37,459 nucleotides of DNA from contig JAGVHJ010000422.1 in NCBI GenBank assembly GCA_020056645.1, positions 1-37,459 on the forward strand, read 5' to 3'. Below are positions 31,770 through 37,459 of the stretch, piece by piece (positions within the stretch are counted from its first letter, which is position 1; each line of letters begins with the position of its first letter). The DNA is from Desulfobacterales bacterium (lineage in GTDB: Bacteria > Desulfobacterota > Desulfobacteria > Desulfobacterales > JAHIVH01). The notes beneath the pieces were generated by a model, which searched no databases, was not told the DNA's origin, and saw nothing but the letters and a program-made list of their open reading frames with translations. The translations under genes were made by a program, and so were the position numbers.

Positions 31770-33118
31770 TATTTTTCCTCCTTTTCCCTGGCAGGGAGGC
31801 TCAATTTTGCAGATAACCCCTCTTCGAGATGCATCATTGTAAGTTGTTTTATTTCATAATATAGCTGTCTGTGAACCCGGGATTCGTGTGTTTTGTTTTT
31901 AAGCCTTGCGATGACAGCCTCTCGGTCAAGATGATCCTGCAAATAGGCTTTGCGTCTGGAGTCCGTGTGTTTGAGCGGGGTATCCTTCAAACCACCTTGG
32001 TCGTCCAGTTCCGCCACATCAATGAGTTTGTCAATATCCTCGCCCCAGAACAATATATCATCGTCAGGGTTATCTGGCGCGGTTTCCCACAGAACTTCCT
32101 TTTGAAAGTTGTGAAGGATGCCCAGTAACCGGTCCGACTGGAGATCAATAAACACCAGTTTATGTTTTGCATCTTCATCAATTATGATGAGCGTATCCTC
32201 ATTCAGGAAACGGGCCCTGAAGGGCTTGACAATGTGTTTTGAAGAAAACTCTCTGCATGTCTCTTTCCCTATGTCCCAGATGAGCATGTTGGTACCTTTC
32301 CAGAGCAGGCTGACCAATTTCCTGGAGTCTTGAGAAATGTAGATCCGATTTGAAAAAGAATCCTTACAATCGAGTGTATGCCGGATTTCTCCTGTGGAAA
32401 GATCTACGACCTCTATTTTATTCTCAATTCCCCGGATGGCGATAGAGCGGCCATCTGGGAAAAGTTTAAAAAAATAGATCATCGGGGTTGTCCCTTTGTG
32501 TTGATTGATGACAGCGCCTGTTTTCAAATCATGCTCAAAAATATCGCCAAAGTCGGTGCAACACGTGAAAAAACTTTCTCCATTTTTATGAATACTTATC
32601 TGGGTTATGGGGGTTGGATAGCATTTCAAACGACACTCATTTACGGATTGTCCGGTTGACAGGTCCCACTCCTGAAAGACATTGATGTTTGATATGGTAA
32701 ATAAATGATTCCCATCGTGCGAAAAACAAAATGCCTGGAGCTCATAGGGAAAATCAATCGTTCCGACTGATTTCCTGGTTTGAGAGTTGTGGATTTGAAG
32801 TCGGTACCAATTTTGATCGGTAATCAACAGAAAATCGCTACTGGAAAGGACGGAATAAGGCTTTTTTTCCAATGTGTTTTTTATTTTGAACTGACAATTG
32901 CCAGTTTTAAGGTTTAGTACCTTTACAAAATGATCTTTTCCATGGGCCGCCAAGGCCAACGTATCCCCATTGGCATTAATTCCTAAACGCTCTATGGGGG
33001 AAATCGTGAGATCCGTACTGGGTTTATGCCCCAATTTCGGCAACTCTTTACTATTTACAAACACCCCCCTATGGCCATGAAAAATTAGGTTGCTGGGAAG
33101 ATATTTTTCGTTTGACAT
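31769..33118 (-). CDS. WD40-like beta-propeller protein, family member 2 of 3
   Basis: ATG 33118 is preceded by GAGGTGG; the ORF-track start at 33157 is an upstream extension. VFQEWDLSTGQS, MLIWDIGKE. Collinear with 9101-10456. Confidence 0.75.
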   Translation of the reverse strand: MSNEKYLPSNLIFHGHRGVFVNSKELPKLGHKPSTDLTISPIERLGINANGDTLALAAHGKDHFVKVLNLKTGNCQFKIKNTLEKKPYSVLSSSDFLLITDQNWYRLQIHNSQTRKSVGTIDFPYELQAFCFSHDGNHLFTISNINVFQEWDLSTGQSVNECRLKCYPTPITQISIHKNGESFFTCCTDFGDIFEHDLKTGAVINQHKGTTPMIYFFKLFPDGRSIAIRGIENKIEVVDLSTGEIRHTLDCKDSFSNRIYISQDSRKLVSLLWKGTNMLIWDIGKETCREFSSKHIVKPFRARFLNEDTLIIIDEDAKHKLVFIDLQSDRLLGILHNFQKEVLWETAPDNPDDDILFWGEDIDKLIDVAELDDQGGLKDTPLKHTDSRRKAYLQDHLDREAVIARLKNKTHESRVHRQLYYEIKQLTMMHLEEGLSAKLSLPAREKEEK

Positions 33119-33186
33119 TATCCACCTCTCAGTAACGTATCTGGAGAAAAATAACATACTTTCATCCAGATGCCGATGAATGATTG

Positions 33187-34575
33187 CTAATTGTCTTGTT
33201 CAGGCTCCTCTTCAAACAGCAACTGGAGCTCTTTTTCGAAAATCACAATATTTTCCCGGGTCGACTGGATCTTGTTCTGAAGCGATTCCTTTTCCGTTTC
33301 TGGGTCGGACAGAGCCTTTTCAATCTTGCGGATATGCTGCGTATGAGCTGAAAACTGAGCCCTCAAAAAAGGTAACAGTTTTTTCAAGCGAAGGATTTCC
33401 AAATTCAGGAATTCCAATTTTTCCTGCAGGGTTTCACCAAGGATCAAAGTCTCTGTTCTGACCATTTCGATCCCCGCGTTTTCAAGGATCGCTTTTGCCC
33501 TATAGACCATCAATCTCAAATCGTTGGGAGAGTACAGGTCATAGCCATGAAAAGGCTCTTTTGAATCACCATTTTTTTCGTTTGCGGATGGCAGTTGCTT
33601 GAGCAGTTCATCGAGGAACATCCTATCTTCTTCTGATAGCTTGTTAAAATTGGGGTGGTGAACAATATGATCATCGTGGATCAAACTCTTAAGGTCCAGT
33701 GTGAGTTTGTGAACAGTTTCACGCCTTTTTCTTTCAACTTCCTCTTCACTTTCCTGGGCTGTGGCCATACCGATGCCGCCCATTAACGCTTCACCATACC
33801 GGCGACACTTATTATTTAATTGTCCCTCTTTATTCTTTTGAAAGCTCAGGAGATTGGCCAACTCTAATTCGAGTTCTGCCATCGAGAGCTTCGGGTTTTC
33901 AGTTTTTAGATCGATTTTATGGCTCAGCTCATGGAGCTGATAGGTTAGTTTTGTATTTTCAATTAATAACTCACCGAATTCTTTGATGTATTTTTGATCA
34001 GCGATCCTGAGGTCCAAAACGATTCTTGCCAGTTCGAGTTCGATCCAGTCCTTATCTTTGTATAACTCAATGAACGACTGCCGGAAATTCCAGAATTGCC
34101 CTGTTTCCTCCTTTGAGCCAGATTTAAGCATTTCATTGATTTGATGTTCCTGAAGATCAAAGCTCAACACCGCTGAATTGGATTCGCCATACAAGTGTAG
34201 TTCGGCAATGATCATATGAGTGACCAGAATATTAAAAGTTTCCTCATTATAGCCATTAGCGATAGCCAAACCTGAAGAATCAATTTCATTGAACAATAAA
34301 GACATTTCAGGCTTAAAATGGCGGTTATTCAATTTTTTCTTTTCCAGTTCATCTAAGTTTCTTTTACAATTCTCGGCATCTGAATAGCCATCGACCATGG
34401 CATACACCTTTTCCATGGGGCCTATAAAGGCCTCGAATTTTTTTATTAGCAGGCTCACAAGGGTTTCGATCAATGACTTCTTTTTTTTTGGAAGATCCAT
34501 TACAAATTCAATATTAAGGGATGCCCCAAGGTCAATTTCGTGTTGTTCGTCTAATGCTATATTTTCTTCCATCAT
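33187..34575 (-). CDS. Coiled-coil-rich protein, family member 2 of 3
   Basis: RBS GGAGGG. KLTLDLKSLIHDDHIVHHPNFNKLSEEDRMFLDELL, LEFLNLEILRLKK. Collinear with 7669-9084. Confidence 0.7.
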   Translation of the reverse strand: MMEENIALDEQHEIDLGASLNIEFVMDLPKKKKSLIETLVSLLIKKFEAFIGPMEKVYAMVDGYSDAENCKRNLDELEKKKLNNRHFKPEMSLLFNEIDSSGLAIANGYNEETFNILVTHMIIAELHLYGESNSAVLSFDLQEHQINEMLKSGSKEETGQFWNFRQSFIELYKDKDWIELELARIVLDLRIADQKYIKEFGELLIENTKLTYQLHELSHKIDLKTENPKLSMAELELELANLLSFQKNKEGQLNNKCRRYGEALMGGIGMATAQESEEEVERKRRETVHKLTLDLKSLIHDDHIVHHPNFNKLSEEDRMFLDELLKQLPSANEKNGDSKEPFHGYDLYSPNDLRLMVYRAKAILENAGIEMVRTETLILGETLQEKLEFLNLEILRLKKLLPFLRAQFSAHTQHIRKIEKALSDPETEKESLQNKIQSTRENIVIFEKELQLLFEEEPEQDN

Positions 34576-34735
34576 TTTTACCCTCCATTTTTTCCCAGAT
34601 CAATTTTGATAAAACCGTTGGTATGGGTTATCTTGCAGCGAACGGACTCTCAGATCATTTTATCTTTCAGACCTTACTCAATCCCACAATTAATGACCGA
34701 CCGAATTGCCTCGTAACCTCTTCTTGCTGATTTAT

Positions 34736-34768
34736 CCGCTGCTGAAAAAAGGATAAATGCAGCAGCGG
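34736..34768 (-). other. Intercistronic stem-loop, right-arm counterpart
   Basis: CCGCTGCTG-15 nt-CAGCAGCGG. An alternative pairing, TTTATCC (34731-34737) with GGATAAA (34751-34757), overlaps it. Confidence 0.45.
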
Positions 34769-34775
34769 TTTTGGG

Positions 34776-35315
34776 TTAGAAATGGTAGGATAACCCCAGG
34801 CTAAAATCGACTCCCTTTTCATTGGTTATGATGGCTTCATTGAGATTGATGTATTCATTTTCGGTCCCGTGTAAAGTCGTTGTTTTACTTTCAGGGAGGC
34901 GATAGCCGATGTCACAGTTTAATCCAATATTTTTAGAAAACTTGAGGTCTGCACCAATAAAAGGGAAAAATCCTTTGACAACCGCCTTTTGTTCCATATC
35001 ATTGATGCCCGAAAATTGATAATCCACAACTCCATACACCGAGCCAATCCTTAATCTACATCGCCTTTCGCTTTTATTCAGATAATATCTGAATCCTGCT
35101 GTCCAACAATTCAAACCGGTTATGGAGCCTACACCCAGAGTCAAACCTAACCTATCAAAACATAAAATTTCTCCGTTTAAACCAATCATGCCATAAATCG
35201 GTCCCCCCCCTACCCCCAATTGGACTTTGTTTTTTGCTAACACAGGCTGGCTAAAGGTCAGGGCAATCACAATCACTAAAAGATTGTAGTAGTATTGATA
35301 AGGTTTCTTTTTCAT
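34776..35315 (-). CDS. Small outer-membrane beta-barrel protein, paralog
   Basis: Signal peptide ...LTFSQPVLA-KNK. C-terminal LGLSYHF. Collinear with 7058-7600. Confidence 0.65.
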   Translation of the reverse strand: MKKKPYQYYYNLLVIVIALTFSQPVLAKNKVQLGVGGGPIYGMIGLNGEILCFDRLGLTLGVGSITGLNCWTAGFRYYLNKSERRCRLRIGSVYGVVDYQFSGINDMEQKAVVKGFFPFIGADLKFSKNIGLNCDIGYRLPESKTTTLHGTENEYINLNEAIITNEKGVDFSLGLSYHF

Positions 35316-35346
35316 AATTTTCCCCTTTGTTTTTTTTCAGACTTTT

Positions 35347-35991
35347 TTATTTCAACAGATTCGTAATAAAACATCCACCCCCGCCATCGCCACCATCCTT
35401 TGATTTGATGGTAATACTTGATTCATAACCATCGGCAGTCATAATACTGACTTCATCATCATTATAACCAGATGAGGTCTTGGTTATTCTCAAAATCAGC
35501 TGGTCCCCAGATGTTGCATTCGGTTCTATTCCTGTTGTCTCACCCTCTACCAGCTGGTATAATCCAGATTCGGTGGTTGTCTGGCTTCCCCATGTTGCAA
35601 GAACAATTTCTCGGTCTTCTTGGCTTTTAAACAGAATAATTTCCACGCGAAAGCTGCTTTTAAGCGCGTATGCCCATATTGAAAATCTATAGGTGTCTCC
35701 TTCCAGGTTATCCGTCAGTCCAATACGCCATTCCGCAGTAGCCTCATAGGCATAAAGATTTTGGACTATTTGAGTATAGGGCTTTGAAAAAGGTATTGTT
35801 GTAAGTTGCTCACCTTCATTTAAATAGTATGTGACCTCAGCCTGGGCCAAATTGGTGACACAGAAAATACCAATCACCATCAAAACACTTGGGATGAAGC
35901 GGATCGCTCTGGTAATAGAGAAAAATCTTCTTCTGAAAAAAATTGATTGTTTTCGTCTGAATATAGAATCAGTCATATTGTTCACCTTCAT
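35347..35991 (-). CDS. Secreted protein of unknown function, found only in the right arm
   Basis: The N-terminus FRRKQSIFFRRRFFS...VIGIFCVTNLAQA-EV is Arg-rich and possibly Tat-like. The body is beta-rich. The C-terminus is KDGGDGGGGCFITNLLK. RBS GGGAG. Confidence 0.55.
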   Translation of the reverse strand: MKVNNMTDSIFRRKQSIFFRRRFFSITRAIRFIPSVLMVIGIFCVTNLAQAEVTYYLNEGEQLTTIPFSKPYTQIVQNLYAYEATAEWRIGLTDNLEGDTYRFSIWAYALKSSFRVEIILFKSQEDREIVLATWGSQTTTESGLYQLVEGETTGIEPNATSGDQLILRITKTSSGYNDDEVSIMTADGYESSITIKSKDGGDGGGGCFITNLLK

Positions 35992-36051
35992 ATTGCTCCC
36001 CTTATTTCTGGATGTTTATTTTATATTTTTATATTTAGTACTCTGGGTTTA

Positions 36052-36073
36052 GGCGGGTAATCCGTCACCCGCC
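36052..36073 (-). other. Conserved intercistronic stem-loop after the lipoprotein gene, right arm
   Basis: GGCGGGT-aatccgtc-ACCCGCC. The run of T follows on the + strand, which is antisense to the genes. Confidence 0.35.
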
Positions 36074-36083
36074 TTTTTTCTTT

Positions 36084-36725
36084 TTATTTTTTTACAGCAG
36101 CCAGAATGTCGGTGACTGCCTGACTTACGACATCCTTTAATGCCAATTGGGCTGCGACAGGGTTCGCATTAAGCCCAGAAGATGCTTGGCCAATAGAGCC
36201 GCGTTTTTTACCTTCTCCATGGTATAATTTATCAACCAGTATCTTACCGGACCGATTATAGGCTTTTACCTTTAAAGAGACTTGCACACTGTAAGTTTCG
36301 AACTTGAATAAAATCGGAAATTGCGACTTGAAACCTGCGAATTCGGGCTCTACTGCCACAACGAGATCCCCGGTGTTAATTGCTGGTAACGGAAACGATG
36401 GTGTACCGAGCTTGACGTCGACCTTTTCAAAGCGACTTCCCAACGCATACTTAAATGTGTCAACCGCTATTGGGCCTAAATCGAACTGCCATTTTTTTAA
36501 ATCTAAGGGGTCTATTTTTGTTTCGGTATGGGTTTTAAATTCCTCAGTCACATATAGACAAGCGTGGCCTGCCATCTTTGGTTCAGAAGTAAGAAACTCG
36601 GCCTCTGTAACGTGTGGTCTTATAACGGAAGTACATCCCGACAAGGTTACGAAACACAGAAGGCTGACCAGCATTTTGATATGTTTCACTCTGACACTTC
36701 TATCACTTCCCCCAATTATTGACAT
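36084..36725 (-). CDS. Lipoprotein of unknown function, paralog (213 aa)
   Basis: ATG 36725 is preceded by GGAGGG. Lipobox LLCFVTLSGC-TS. This start gives the same length as the left copy; the ORF-track start at 36839 would lie in the leader. Confidence 0.75.
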   Translation of the reverse strand: MSIIGGSDRSVRVKHIKMLVSLLCFVTLSGCTSVIRPHVTEAEFLTSEPKMAGHACLYVTEEFKTHTETKIDPLDLKKWQFDLGPIAVDTFKYALGSRFEKVDVKLGTPSFPLPAINTGDLVVAVEPEFAGFKSQFPILFKFETYSVQVSLKVKAYNRSGKILVDKLYHGEGKKRGSIGQASSGLNANPVAAQLALKDVVSQAVTDILAAVKK

Positions 36726-36873
36726 AATCCCTCCTAAACTTATTATTGGTATTATTAATTTTATTTGGCTTTGTGGATTGTCTATGTTGGTCAACACAAA
36801 GCTAATTTTCAGGTGGTTCCTATTTTGGACTGATATCAATCTTTTCGTGATTCACGATGTGTATCTCCTCTTT

Positions 36874-36889
36874 TGCAACATTATTGCCA
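36874..36889 (-). promoter_or_regulatory. Sigma-54 (-24/-12) promoter of the right-arm operon
   Basis: The minus strand reads TGGCAAtaatgTTGCA. The downstream leader is homologous to the left-arm leader. Confidence 0.7.
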
Positions 36890-37459
36890 GGAAGTAATTC
36901 AAATAAAAGAAACAAACCAGCACAATGAATTTATAAATGATTTGTGAGTGTTAGATATTTAGATGTAATTTCGAAGAGATTTAAAAACAATTTTCGTGAT
37001 AAAAAAGGCCGGTGAAATTATAGAGAAATTTAGATTTTTTAAAATAATTTAGACTAAGAACTTAGACTATTCTTTCAATCCCAAAACGCTTGTCTCTTAA
37101 TTTGAAATACTACGAATCCAAACCCAAATGTAATTTCTTTTGATTATCGATCTATTGGAATATAATGTTTAATTTCAATATGATAAAAAATCAGTCAGAT
37201 CATCATCAAAGACCACTTGGTTGACCCGAACTGTTCAGATCTTGCTTGGCTATTTCTGTTAAGGTTCCCCCTCCCCTATTACGTTTTCATTTTTTTTAAT
37301 GAAAACTATCTCTGATTTATTCTATGACCAATTTGAAAAAGTTTGTTTGTTGTTATTTTCCTGAAAATAGTTCTCTGGAGGGATAATATATACTATCATA
37401 ATTTTAGATATATAAAATAATTTCTGTTTTTTTGTAATAAATTATTCAATATAAAAAGG

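Noticed and set aside
36951-37068. Five same-orientation TTAGA[TC] words upstream of the right-arm promoter, with loosely similar [AG]TCTAA words upstream of the other two promoters (about 6067-6122 and 25056-25074). These could be bEBP binding sites.
   Set aside because: The motif is short and AT-rich in AT-rich DNA. Spacing and distance from the promoters are inconsistent between the three regions. I cannot distinguish it from background without a statistical motif search or footprinting.
37283-37306. An AT-rich hairpin, GTTTTCATT-tttttt-AATGAAAAC, in the terminal non-coding tail.
   Set aside because: The stem is weak (all but two pairs are A:T), and there is no adjacent gene in the window to terminate. 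It may belong to a gene beyond the window edge.
1-37459. Searched for CRISPR arrays, tRNA or rRNA genes, IS elements with terminal inverted repeats, integrases and prophage genes.
   Set aside because: I saw no regularly spaced direct repeats, no cloverleaf-like or rRNA-like segments, and no transposase or integrase motifs (DDE, tyrosine recombinase R-H-R-Y context) in any long ORF. The large inverted similarity is between diverged operons, not IS copies.

Overview
This 37.5-kb region looks like an accessory chromosomal island. It carries about 31 protein-coding genes. By eye I found no rRNA, tRNA, CRISPR array, integrase or transposase. The taxon cannot be determined here; the sigma-54 activator and the WD40/HEAT/FGE-sulfatase load resemble large Desulfobacterota- or myxobacteria-type genomes (inference only). 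Layout, left to right: (i) the 3' end of a WD40 gene. (ii) A 1177-aa FtsH-type AAA/M41 protease that lacks a membrane anchor and is fused to Clp_N repeats, a ClpB-D2-type AAA module and a receiver-like domain. (iii) A GAF-domain sigma-54 enhancer-binding protein and a small ORF. (iv) LEFT ARM (+), behind a -24/-12 promoter: lipoprotein, small OM beta-barrel, coiled-coil protein, WD40-like propeller, ChaN/Tiki-superfamily-like protein. (v) A C14 tract, then a HEAT-like repeat protein and an FGE-sulfatase-fold protein. (vi) CENTRAL CLUSTER: GrpE-like, Hsp70-like, Ser/Thr-kinase::Ycf46-like AAA fusion, a second FGE-sulfatase-fold protein, DUF1257-like, DUF2997-like, Ycf46-like AAA, NrdG/PflA-type radical-SAM activase, and a third Ycf46-like AAA. 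(vii) A third copy of the coiled-coil/propeller/ChaN-like trio, without envelope genes, behind its own -24/-12 promoter. (viii) vapBC. (ix) RIGHT ARM (-): a diverged mirror image of the left arm, with one extra secreted protein, behind a third -24/-12 promoter. The most novel candidate is the central chaperone/kinase/AAA/radical-SAM cluster together with its three sigma-54-driven satellite modules. All product calls rest on motifs read from the translations. No database search was possible, so family names are hypotheses to be confirmed with HMM or structure searches.
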